Source: Eledone cirrhosa
Lineage: Eukaryota
DNA length: 64,000 nt
Reading direction: 5' to 3'
Assembly (NCBI GenBank): GCA_964016885.1
Contig: OZ024741.1
Span: 171,244,001 to 171,308,000 of the forward strand
Position 1 is the stretch's first letter. Every line of letters starts with the position of its first letter. Positions 26,381-42,985 of the stretch are shown here, in pieces. The notes beneath the pieces are model-generated. The model did not search any database. It had not been told where the DNA came from and was given only the letters and a program-made list of their open reading frames with translations. Made by a program: the position numbers and the translations under genes.

Positions 26381-26820
26381 AAATTTTAGTAAGTAAGTTA
26401 ATCTTATAATGTTCTTATTTTACGTCTCTCATATTATTGTTCTGCATCCCCATGCATTGAACCACAAAGTTACTAAGACAAAACCTATATATTTGCTAGC
26501 ATAAGTATGCATCTGTGTATATATATGTTACTAGATATATTAATTCTTTATAATTAGCTCCAAATAATTTTGTCGAGCAAAAATTGGCCAAAACTACTAC
26601 TATAGTAACGGTCTGGCTACTGTCTTCTTAACAAACCACTCTTCACTGATTGACCTCGATGTCACGTGATTGATTCTTTTGAATTTGCCACCGACGCAGT
26701 AGGCAGTGATTTTTTCAATGGCTTGGAACTTAGTCCACGCTTTGCTTTTTTCCATCCACTGAATTATTTTTGTATAAGTTCCCTGTGTCCACGTATTGCC
26801 TGGAAACTTAGCTGAGAATA

Positions 26821-26909
26821 GACTTCCCTGATGACGAAAGGCTTCTCCGTACGTTTCTTCGGAAACTAAACTATGTTTATTCCCTTTCAGAAACTAATTA
26901 GTTGGAGTC
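26821..26909 (+). ncRNA. Type I hammerhead ribozyme (second copy)
   Basis: Same fold as 26297-26380. Confidence 0.78.
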
Positions 26910-26956
26910 AAATTTTAGTAAGTAAGTTAATTTTATAATTTTCTTATTTTACGTCT

Positions 26957-27040
<84 letters not shown>

Positions 27041-27315
27041 GATGTGTGTGTGTGTGTGTGTGCGTGCGCGCGAGGTGAGCTCTAGAGATTTTGAGACTTT
27101 TATCAGAAAGACGTTTATTTAAATCAGATCAACACAACACTCTAATTGTAGCACTCTAACCTCTTATGGAAGGTCGCTACAGAATCGTGGTCCATGGACG
27201 GCACTGTCTAATTTCTTTTCTATCTCCAGGGTTTATATGCCGAACATTTTTGGCTAGACGGTCGCACAACGTTGATACTTCTTTCACATTCAAATTTCAG
27301 TATTATTATTATTTA

Positions 27316-27420
27316 ACCGCCAAGGTTAACTTTGCTTTATCCTTACGAGGTCGATAAAATAAAGTACCAGTAATTTACTGGGTAATTGCTGGCCTTGTGC
27401 CGAAAGTAGAAACAATTATT
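27316..27420 (+). mobile_element. SINE 3' fragment
   Basis: Same SINE family, 5'-truncated. Confidence 0.8.
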
Positions 27421-28229
27421 TAAACTCCTAGAGATAACCCGCTACAAACTGTAAGTTGAACTTTTTTCTCTGTTTATTAAAACTAGATTTTATTAATTCT
27501 TTGAATTTTTTCTTTGCTTTCTACATGAAAATCCAGGTGGAGTGATCTGCGGCCTCTTTTCACTTATTTTGCTTTTCAATTTGAAACTACCTGGCATCGT
27601 GTTCTTCGAAAATAGGCTGTATTAGCTAACTTTGTTTCATTCCTGATGTTTTTCTGACCAAATTCCAGACACTAAACTACCAAAAGATGGTGCTGCCTTT
27701 TGAAACTTTAAAGAGATATCTATAAATCCATCGTCCCATTCTAATACACTGCATTTCCAATATATATGAAGGATTTAGCAACATTAAAAAAATTACCATT
27801 TACAATATGGTAGGCTGTTGTACAAACTGTCCATGTGTAGGTTGCCATAAAACTACTGTTTTCTTTAAATGCATCGTCAAACCAAAGATGCCAAATCAAA
27901 TGCAGAAATAAACAATTGCAATCCATGCTCAATATGACTGACAAGGTCACAGTCATCAACACACAGTATATATATAAATATTCATATATGTATATATTCA
28001 TTACATATATGTATATATTCATTACAGATTTTATGTATATGGGGCTATTATCTCCACTGCCTTTGTAACATAGTAATCGTTCGCTGAAAATGGATTAATA
28101 ATCCTAGCATACATGTATACAACATTCTAATGCATTCACTGATTTAGTTGTTAGATGACCACACATTAAAATACTTAATGCGACATTTTATTCATATTTA
28201 TAACTAAAAATTGTCAATCTTTCAATATA

Positions 28230-28632
28230 TCTTCTTCTCATCCTATCCTCATATCTGAGGGTTGGGAGTCATGAACTTCTGGACAAACACACTCCATCTT
28301 TTCCTGCCTCTTGCTATTGCTGCACATTCCGCCAAATTCCATCCTGTCCATTCCTTAATATCATCTGTTCATCTCTTTTTTTGCCGTCCCCTGGACCTTT
28401 TCCCCTCTATTCGTCCATCAAGGATCTAGGTAGTCAAATGTTGGGCTCTGATGACATGACCAAAGACCGAAGCCTCTCTTTACTTACTGCTTCAACCAAC
28501 TGTTGACCGGCACCATTCTCCCCCAAGACAAACCAATATGCCTTGTGAGTCATCCAAAGCATGACACTTCAAATGTACTTATTCGGCTCAAGTCCGATAC
28601 CTTCAAAGCCCATGACACACAACCATTTTTCT
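28230..28632 (-). pseudogene. RTE-clade LINE 3' end remnant
   Basis: Minus translation FGHVIRA..ILDGRIEGKRSRGRQK..DDIKEWTG..ECAAIARGRKRW, typical of the RTE C-terminus. Confidence 0.75.
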
Positions 28633-28645
28633 GTATATATATATA

Positions 28646-31650
<3,005 letters not shown>

Positions 31651-31657
<7 letters not shown>

Positions 31658-31856
31658 GTAACACAACAGTTAGTACACCATACCGAGAACAATTGTTTCA
31701 CCTTATGCGGATCTTCAGCTCGGCCTCCGAGCTGAAGATCCACATAAGGCGAAACAATTGTTCTCGTTATGGTGAACTAACTGTTGTGTTACTACTTCTA
31801 CCTTACTCGTCCCATCGACTGAGTGCTCTACCACTACGGATATTACCTTCCAGTGT

Positions 31857-31860
<4 letters not shown>
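31651..31860. mobile_element. Head-to-head PLE tail pair (family H) with two divergent HHRs
   Basis: Axis 31724-31726; plus HHR 31727-31766 ccgag-CTGAAGA-tccacataaggc-GAAAC-aatt-GTT-ctcg; minus HHR 31683-31723; same family as 59482-59553. Confidence 0.85.
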
Positions 31861-31925
<65 letters not shown>

Positions 31926-32138
31926 TTCTTTTGAAAGGTTTCCCTTACAGCACTAATCCTGTTTCCTTCCTGAAAAATTAATGTGTGGATTTTCCAGACG
32001 AATTCCTTCCTTGGGGAACAACTATACCTCTTAGAGCCACTTCACAATAAAATATACCGACTTTATTTTATGCAAGATGTACTTACTTTAATTGTAGCTC
32101 TTTCAGTTTCTAAAGGAAATCTTTATATTTATATATAT

Positions 32139-32212
<74 letters not shown>

Positions 32213-32218
<6 letters not shown>

Positions 32219-32399
32219 GCTTCTACTTTTGGCACAAGGTCAGCAAATGCCCAGTACATTACTGGTACTTTATTTTATCGACCCCGTAAGGATGAAAGGC
32301 AAAGTTAACCTCGGCGGGATTTGAACTCAGACCGTAAAGAGACGTAACTATGCTGGAAAGCATGGCGTCCGACTCTCTACCGATACTGCCAATTCACCA
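32213..32399 (-). mobile_element. tRNA-derived SINE
   Basis: Near full length; 3' end at (TA)n; 5' end abuts a family B tail. Confidence 0.88.
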
Positions 32400-32576
32400 A
32401 TGAAGGAATTGTAGTAAGGAACCAGATGGACCATAACGCACCAAAGTACTCAATACTTAGTGTAGTAGAGTGGGTAATAGGAATAAGTATGAGCTCAAGC
32501 CGTTTCGACGGTTATTTCTAGACTAGAAATAGCCGTCGAAATGGCTTGAGCTCTGTCGTCGGGGGTCATACTTGCT

Positions 32577-32580
<4 letters not shown>
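32400..32580. mobile_element. Family B head-to-head tail pair
   Basis: Axis ~32522 (atttctag-a-ctagaaat). Confidence 0.75.
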
Positions 32581-32621
<41 letters not shown>

Positions 32622-32945
32622 TTGTGTGTGTGTGTGTGAGTGTGTGTGTGTGTTATATTATAAACATGAAGATTTACAGTACACAAACGATTAAATTTCA
32701 GCACAACGACACGGGCTAAAATTAGACAGCTCGAACATAAATATAACTTAGGAAATTACATTTTTTAAAAGCTCCCGTGGGTGGAAATCGGTTTGTAATA
32801 AAACAAAATAACATTATAATGGTACTTTCTGCAAACTGCTTTTTTAATAAAAAGCTATAATTTATTTTGTATAAACAATTTCTTTTTGTAGTTTAATGGA
32901 AACACACACACACACACTCACACACACACACACACACACACACAC

Positions 32946-33017
<72 letters not shown>

Positions 33018-33225
33018 GTGTATATATATATACACACACACGTACATAAATATAAACAATTTGTAAGGCAATATGTGATTTGCTAACTTAAATTGAAACG
33101 TAAACTGTTTCATTAACACTACCATTTAGCTTCTCTGTGAATAATTTTAGGTTTTGTTAAACCTTCATTAGAGCATGCTTGCCTATTTTCTATGAATAGA
33201 GATAATAGCATCTTCTTGCTATTTA

Positions 33226-33408
33226 TAATTGTTTCTACTTTTGGCACAAGGCCATCAATTATCCCAGTGCATTACTGGTACTTTATTTTATCGACCCCGT
33301 AAGGATGAAAGGCAAAGTCAACCTCGGCGGGATTTGAACTCAGATCGTAAAGGGACGTAACTATGCTGGAAAGCATGGTGTCTGACCCTCTACTGATACT
33401 GCCAATCC
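33226..33408 (-). mobile_element. tRNA-derived SINE
   Basis: Same family, near full length. Confidence 0.88.
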
Positions 33409-35027
33409 AATATCTAATATGCATGATGATGGAGGCGCTGGCAATTCAATGTTATATTGCTGATGTCCACATAAACCTGCTACTTCTCTGGAATTCTCGG
33501 CAACGCATTCTGAACCATCAGAACCATCAAACTGTTCTCAGTACCACCGATAGCATCATTAAATGCTTGTTTTTTTAATGGTTTCACACCCAGTTCTTTC
33601 GTTATAGCATCCTTAGGACTTTTGAAATTTATTTATTATAGCATGAATATTCTAATCCTATCTAATTTCGTTTTTAGCGGTCTTCGAATTTTCGTGTTTT
33701 AAAAATTAGACATCCGGGATATTTCTAATTAGAAACTGATTAAGTTCATGGTATTTGCGGTATTAACTTCAGGGTATTTACACATAAACAGAGAAAAGTC
33801 ACACATAGATTCATTAGAAATATATTTGAACATATTTTGCTTACATTTGAAAACATTAGTTAGGTATCCTTCTGAATGTTTAACATTGTATTTTTCAGTT
33901 TCAATATTTGAAGGATGAATGTGCTATAGCAAATTCAAAACAAAATGGATTTATATACTCTAAATACAAGCAACATAATATTTTTTATAAACAAATAAAA
34001 GTACTGCATCAGCAAATAGCTACGTAGTTATCAGTTTCTCATTGAAAAATTAATAAATATTCTTTAAAATGTTGCTTACAGATTCTGAATCTCTAATGTT
34101 GAAAATTCGAAAATCAGAAGACAGCTTTTATATTAAATATTAACATAATATTAAAAACCCCAAGCTTATTTAATCTGCATGTGTTTAATTCGTCCTCCGT
34201 TTCTACTTGCCACTTGACAATTTTTCTACGAAACAGAGTTTACTGCGTTTAGTAGCTTTCATCTGATCTGGTTTCCTCCAGGTCCCTGCCAATTTACCAG
34301 TACATGGTAGACCAAAATAAAATGTAGCTGCCTTATTGCTGTGTTCATTTGTTAATTCAAAGTTATAGCAATGTCTCTTTTACGTTTGAGCCATAGGTTG
34401 GAACTCGTTAGAAAATGTTTAGCAAAGTAAAAATAAATGTTACAAGAATATGGTAACACAGCTCTACTCCTGACCAAAGTAGCCGTGTGGCTGTGCGGTT
34501 TCTATATAGTTTGGAATAAAGAATTTTAAACAGCATATGAAATTCATATTTTTAGCTGCAATGTTTTGTGTTGCTAGGATTTAGCAAAAATGTGTAACAC
34601 CATGTTTATTGGTTTAATGTCGACAATTTAAGATGTGACGGTTGAAGTTGTCAACGTTATTTTAATCTTTCTATGAGCAGATTTCGTTTACCTGTAGATA
34701 ATTACTTTTAAAGGTAACACCATTGTTAAATAAGTGCGAAATACGTCAGATGTAGGATATATATGCTGGAGAAGGATGTACAGTGAGATGATATCGGTTT
34801 CTATCTTCTTTTAATTCTCAAAAGACATTATTTATGTCTTCCACGAGTTTTCGGTTACTTTGTGCTAATGGATTATGATAATTTCGATTTATTTTGGTAA
34901 TATTTTTAGTAACCTAATTTTGTGTTTTTGTGGTTGTCCGACTTATCAGTTAGCTTGAAATGTGCGCCTGGGGCACTCAATTTCCCATTCATAATATTCA
35001 CATTAGAATGCGCCGGCAGATATTGTA

Positions 35028-35079
<52 letters not shown>

Positions 35080-35191
35080 GATGTGTGCGCGCGTGGATGT
35101 GTGCGTGGGTGTGTGTGTGTGTAAGTGTGTGTGTGGCTGTTTGTGTATGTGTTTGTGTGCGTGCGTATGTGTGTGTCTGCGTGTGTGTAGA

Positions 35192-35225
<34 letters not shown>

Positions 35226-37482
35226 TGTGTGTGTGTGTGTGGATGTGTGTGTGTGCGCGTGTGTATGTGTGCGCGTGCATGTGCGAGCGAGTTTGGAAAT
35301 ACGGATAAATCCGTTTTTCTCTTCTCCTTTTGTCATGGATTTTTCATATGTGTCTAATTATTCTTTTATGTTATTGTTTGTTACGGTATATTTAGCTAAT
35401 AATATAGCTTGCAAGACTGAGCTTCCAATCTTTCATGTTTTTAGATGGAAGATTATGTATTAAATGATTGGGTTATCAATTAATATTTCTTCATTTAGTT
35501 TGTTGGTGGTACTCCCATGTTAACCTTGAGCGGGCAAACCTTAATTTAGATGTGTTCCAATCTATTTAGAGGCTATATAGGGTTATATTATCCAATAAGA
35601 ATTTTCCATTTTTGTAAATGTGTAATTTGTGCGAATCCTTTGATTGTTACTATTTCTAAAAAACTAATTTACTTCATAGAAGCTTTTCCAACATCAAAAG
35701 TAATATTTATTATAAAATGAAATATGTTTGTGTAAAATTGTGAATATTATTTCTAGTCTATTTATTTGCTACATATTTTATAGCAGTGTTAATTGACAAA
35801 ATATTTAAAGGTTGGATCTCCGCGTTCTGAGTTTCAATCCCATCAAAGTCCACTTTGCTTTTTATCCTTTTGGGGTGCATAGAGAAATACCATGCAAATG
35901 CTGGTGCAGCCCTCCTTACGTCCTAGATGTAACATCCTGAATGTTCAGCTTGAACAAGAACTGAAAGGTATATGGAGTGTCTGTGCCTGCTTCCAGCTAC
36001 ATGGACACATACAAACCACTAACAACGGCATGCTACAGGCTACAAAATCATATCTGATTGCAAGTGGCGGCCATAGCTTTTATGCAGCTGCAACTGTTAT
36101 TTAATCCCAGGATTAAAGGTATTCAAGCGATGACTCTCTCATTTTTGTTCATGCATAATGTATTTTCAACAACACTATTCAAATTGTCACATTTTAATAC
36201 AGTGAGATTGAATTAGATGGAGGAAACGGTTGCCATATCAAAGAGATCGGGGATGAATTTAACGTTAAATAGCCATTATGTACATGCCTTTATCAAAATT
36301 ATGTGGTTTTGCTGTGTGATAATGGGGTCGTTTAAAGGTAGAGACAATTACCTTACTATAATTGTTGTGGATCACTAAACTGAGTTGAAATCTCACCGAG
36401 GTTAACTTTACCGTTCTTCCTTCTGAAGACCACAAAATGATAGATCAGTAAAAGGTGGTGGGTATTTTAGTATTTGTTCCAGGTCTATGGGTTCTCAGTT
36501 CAAACCTCACTGTAGCCTATTTAGGTGTTAGACTTAATTCGTCGTTCGATTTAACGCATCACTCTCGGGTGACTTTAGCAGACTCTATTCTACTGCAAGC
36601 GTTTGACTAGGATCCCCGGAATGGGGATACATCTATACGTTTTATCTCATGATACGCCAAAAAAGGTGCTCATTTGCATATAGTGCAATTTTTATGGGCT
36701 GGTACTAATTAACCATAATATTAGCATAGCATGATTCATAACATAGGCGAATAGGAAAACATATACAATGTTAGAACATGTTTTTACATGGTTATTTAAA
36801 GGTATGACCATATAACCAGACAAAATATCTATATTAGCTATAGCTTATTCTTGCCCCATTTCCGAGTGAGTAATCGACACTGAAAACAGAAAAGGATCCT
36901 GAAACACTAGTGCCTGGTGTTCTCATAAGGCTATTGAGAAAGCTATGACATGATGCCTGTTTAGAAGACTATAGTGAGGCTAAGAAAAAAATATAAAAAT
37001 ATGTTACGTTTTCATATACGCCTCTATTATATATCCGTCTTATTTTCTCAAAGAGAAATTTATAACATAACGATCTAGTAGTTATCACGGTATTTATAGC
37101 ATTAAAGACAGACTGCGGTGAAATTCAAAGTTAGTTGTGTCACCGGATATTGTAACCCCATGAGTCTATTAGGTTTTCCTGTGGGAAGCGTCGAAATAGC
37201 ACATACGTATATGTATATATATATATATGCGTGTGTGTATGTGTGTGAGTGTGCGTGTATGTGTATGCGTGTATGTGTGTGTGAGTTTGCGTGTGTGTGT
37301 GTGCGTGAGTGTGCGTGTATGTGTGTGTGTGTGAGTGTGCGTGTATGTGTGTACGTGTATGTGTTGTGAGTGTGCGTGTATATGTGTGGGTGTATGTATG
37401 TGTGTGTGCGTGTGCGTTTATATAGTTTATACGCACACACACACACATATATATATATAAATATATTATAAGAACAGATTAA

Positions 37483-37532
37483 AGTTTAAGCAAAGAATCG
37501 CTGCTTTCACCCTTAACGGGATCTTCTGAAAC
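37483..37532 (-). ncRNA. Hammerhead-like motif with CAGAAGA core (family D)
   Basis: Reverse complement of 39201-39251. Confidence 0.65.
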
Positions 37533-37572
37533 ATTATTATTATTATTACTATTGGTTATTGATTAGGCGATA

Positions 37573-37683
37573 CCCGCTGATGAAGCCACATGCGCCGATT
37601 ATGCATTGTTGCACAATATATGCAGTCAGAGGGTGCAGTGAACCCTACTGCTGCATGAAGTGTGGCCGAAACTCCGATTCGGG
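37573..37683 (+). ncRNA. Type I hammerhead with long stem II
   Basis: cccg-CTGATGA-agccaca...tgtggcc-GAAAC-tccga-TT-cggg; stem III imperfect. Confidence 0.7.
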
Positions 37684-37834
37684 AACTACTATAGGTACCC
37701 GTTTACGTGTGTTGTATTGAAGCAAATAACTATGTGTATACTCTGGGAGTGTATTTTACATTACCTATTGAGTACGCTGAGATGCAACCGGTCCTAGAAT
37801 TGATACATATGCTGGGCCCGTCAACTTATTAAAG

Positions 37835-38650
37835 ATAGATAGATAGATAGATAGATATGTTTCTTTATTAGCCACAGGGGCACAAAAGAAGGGGACAAAT
37901 ACAAAGGGGGAAGTTTACATACAATAAAAACGTGTAAAATATTATCACAAATGCAATTTAAAAAATTAGTCGATTTTCCCCAATAGGGGGAGACAGTTCA
38001 TATGGGTAACACATACCCCCGAAAAAATGTGCAACCCTCATCTCCAGGAGTACGAAGAGTTTGTACTCCCTTCCTCTCCTCCTCCTTTTCCTCAACCTAC
38101 AGGCTGATATAGAGAGAAGGCCCATTCACTCGGGCCATTCTCGCCACTTTCACCCACCTTTCATAAAACTTGCTGATAGATAGATATATTTCTTTATTAG
38201 CTACAGGGGCACAAAAGAAGGGGACAAATACAAAGGGGGAAGTTTACATACAATAAAAACGTGTAAAATATTATCACAAATGCAATTTAAAAAATTAGTC
38301 GATTTTCCCCAATAGGGGGAGACAGTTTATATGGGTAACACGTACCCCCGAAAAAAAATGTGCAACCCTCTTCTCCAGGAGTACGAAGAGTTTGTACTCC
38401 ATTCCTCTCCTCCTCCTTTTCCTCAGCCTACAGGCTGATATAGAGAGAAGGCCCATTCACTCGGGCCATTCTCGCCACTTTCACCCACCTTTCATAAAAC
38501 TTGCTGGGGTACAGCACCTCTCTCTCCATCCTGATTCTTCTTCCAAAGTAGTATTTGAAAAAAAGAATCAGTTGTTGGCCGGAGAGAAAGGTGTCTGACC
38601 TCAGCCCTTTCAACCTTGTCCACCATACAACCTCTTTCGCCATAGCTATC
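37835..38650 (-). mobile_element. Duplicated 3' end of a Tx1/L1-like LINE with (TATC)n tail
   Basis: C-terminus AMAKEVVWWTRLKGL..LILFFKY..RIRMERE..FYERWVKVARMARV; two ~340-bp direct copies; a related 3' end lies at 3540-3625 (+). Confidence 0.65.
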
Positions 38651-39200
38651 ACAAATACGTACATACATGCATACACACACACACACATTTTTATATGTGC
38701 GTGGTTTTGTATACCTATGGTAAGGTTTTGCGTATGCTTGTGTATGTACGTATTTGTTTGCGTGTATGTATTCATTTATTTCTATTACTTTCGTTTTGTA
38801 TTTATTTACTTTGTTCTTAACTCTGTAGCGGAGATTCATTTGGTCTCCTAGTTAGAATTTTAGTCTACAACTTCTGCTATACCATTTACGTGGTTTTGTC
38901 TTTGCGTGCTATGGTTCTCCACGCTCCACACATGACGTCTTCGTTTTTTCGTTCTTTGCCAGAGAACGTCTCTATGCACCACCTAAGAGAACATTAGTCT
39001 ACGGCCTCTTTTATACCATAAACGTGGTTCTGTCTTTGCGCGTAATTGTTTTTCACCGATCCTATTAATGACGTATTATTCGTTTTTCCCCGTTCTTTGC
39101 CAGCGAACGTTTCCACGAACCAAAGTATCGTCTTCCTGTCTTCCTCCGGTTGCAACGTTTTTTTAAATATCCAGTTCTGCGTTTACAGATTGACTTTGTT

Positions 39201-39251
39201 AGTTTCAGAAGATCTCGTTAAGGGTGAAAGCAGCGATTCTTTGCTTAAACT
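39201..39251 (+). ncRNA. Hammerhead-like motif with CAGAAGA core (family D)
   Basis: agttt-CAGAAGA-tctcgttaagggt-GAAAGCA-gcgattctt-TGCTT-aaact. Confidence 0.65.
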
Positions 39252-39262
39252 TTAATCTGTTA

Positions 39263-41365
<2,103 letters not shown>

Positions 41366-41542
41366 ATATATATATATATATATAAAAATATATATATATA
41401 TATATATATATACAAATATGGTTTTATAAATATAGTTTCCATTTATTAATATCGTATATCTACTCCAAAAACTTGTCGAGTGCTTTTTATCAGTTATAAA
41501 AATATTTACTTGTTGTATCCCAACAACTTTAAATAGAACTTT

Positions 41543-41577
<35 letters not shown>

Positions 41578-41748
41578 GTTAATATAAATTAATATATTTG
41601 ATAAACACAAACACCAACATATCCGTGTTTGTATTGTAAACGACTAAAGTTAGCTAGATTGAAAAATACTAATTATAATAATACAGTTTCCCTGTCTCGA
41701 TTTAAAATAATAAATCAATATAAACAAAGCATATTGGCAAATGGCCGT

Positions 41749-41878
41749 GGTGCTTGGACAAATTTAAATTTCAAAATCAAACCTGTTCCGTAGACAGGTT
41801 TAAACCTTAAAATCCAAATAAGTTTCGAAAAATGAAAAAGTGAAAGAATACCGCATTTCTATCTCCTCAGCAAGCACC
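41749..41878 (-). ncRNA. Type I hammerhead with long stem III
   Basis: Reverse complement of 42341-42470. Confidence 0.85.
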
Positions 41879-42340
41879 AGAAAAATTGGTATGTTCCACT
41901 TCAAAATATTTAAAAAGACTGTTTAACGCACATGGTTTTTCACACACGGTTATCCAGTGTCTAGCTGCCTCATACTCGTGCTGCTAGAAATAACAGCCGT
42001 TTATATGGGGCTAAATTTAGCTCTACGTAAGGAGCAGTGATACTATTAATAATGAGTTCAAACCTCAGGCAGTCCTTTACAATGAAATAGCTCAAAGAAA
42101 GAAGTATTCTGAGCTGTGTAATACAAGTTAATATAAATTAATATATTTGATAAACACAAATACCAACATATCCGTGTTTGTATTGTAAACGACTAAAGTT
42201 AGCTAGATTGAAAAATACTAATTATAATAATACAGTTTGCCTGTCTCGATTTAAAATAATAAATCAATAAAAACAAAGCATATTGGCAAATGGCCGTGGT
42301 GCTTTTTAAATATTTTGAAGTGGAACATACCAATTTTTCT

Positions 42341-42470
42341 GGTGCTTGCTGAGGAGTTAGAAATGCGGTATTCTTTCACTTTTTCATTTTTCGAAACTTA
42401 TTTGGATTTTAAGGTTTAAACCTGTCTACGGAACAGGTTTGATTTTGAAATTTAAATTTGTCCAAGCACC
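42341..42470 (+). ncRNA. Type I hammerhead with 8-bp stem I and long stem III
   Basis: ggtgcttg-CTGAGGA-g..gaaatg/cattttt-c-GAAAC..aaacctgt/acaggttt..GTC-caagcacc. Confidence 0.88.
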
Positions 42471-42725
42471 ACGGCCATTTCCCAATATGCTTTGTTTTTA
42501 TTGATTTATTATTTTAAATCGAGACAGGCAAACTGTATTATAATAATTAGTATTTTTCAATCTAGCTAACTTTAGTCGTTTACGATACAAACACGGATAT
42601 GTTGGTATTTGTGTTTATCAAATATATTAATTTATATTAACTTGTATTACACGGCTCGGAAATACTTCTTTCTTTGAGCTATTTCATTGTAAAGGACTGC
42701 CTGAGGTTTGAACTCATTATTAATA

Positions 42726-42777
<52 letters not shown>

Positions 42778-42779
<2 letters not shown>

Positions 42780-42985
42780 CGAAGGAAATGTGGCAAGGAA
42801 CCAGATGGACCATAACGCACCAAAGTACTCAATACTTAGGGTAGTAGAGTGGGTAACAGGAACAAGTAGGACCCCGACGGCTGAGCTCAAGCCGTTTCGA
42901 CGGCTAATTCTGGACCAAATTCTGGTCCAGAATTAACCGTCGAAACGGCTTGAGCTCAGCCGTCGGGGTCCTACTTGTTCCTATA
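42778..42985. mobile_element. Family B head-to-head tail pair
   Basis: Axis ~42919 (aattctggacc-aaattct-ggtccagaatt). Confidence 0.78.

Larger units (their letters stand above)
26149..26960 (+). mobile_element. ORF-less HHR tandem (family J2) with short inverted cap
   Basis: 26149-26180 is the reverse complement of ~26517-26549; two direct copies follow; homologous to 16083-17204. Confidence 0.8.
41573..42727. mobile_element. ORF-less HHR unit (549-bp period, minus) plus inverted arm
   Basis: Direct repeat 41573/42122; inverted arm ~42302-42727; (TA)n on both sides. Confidence 0.85.
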
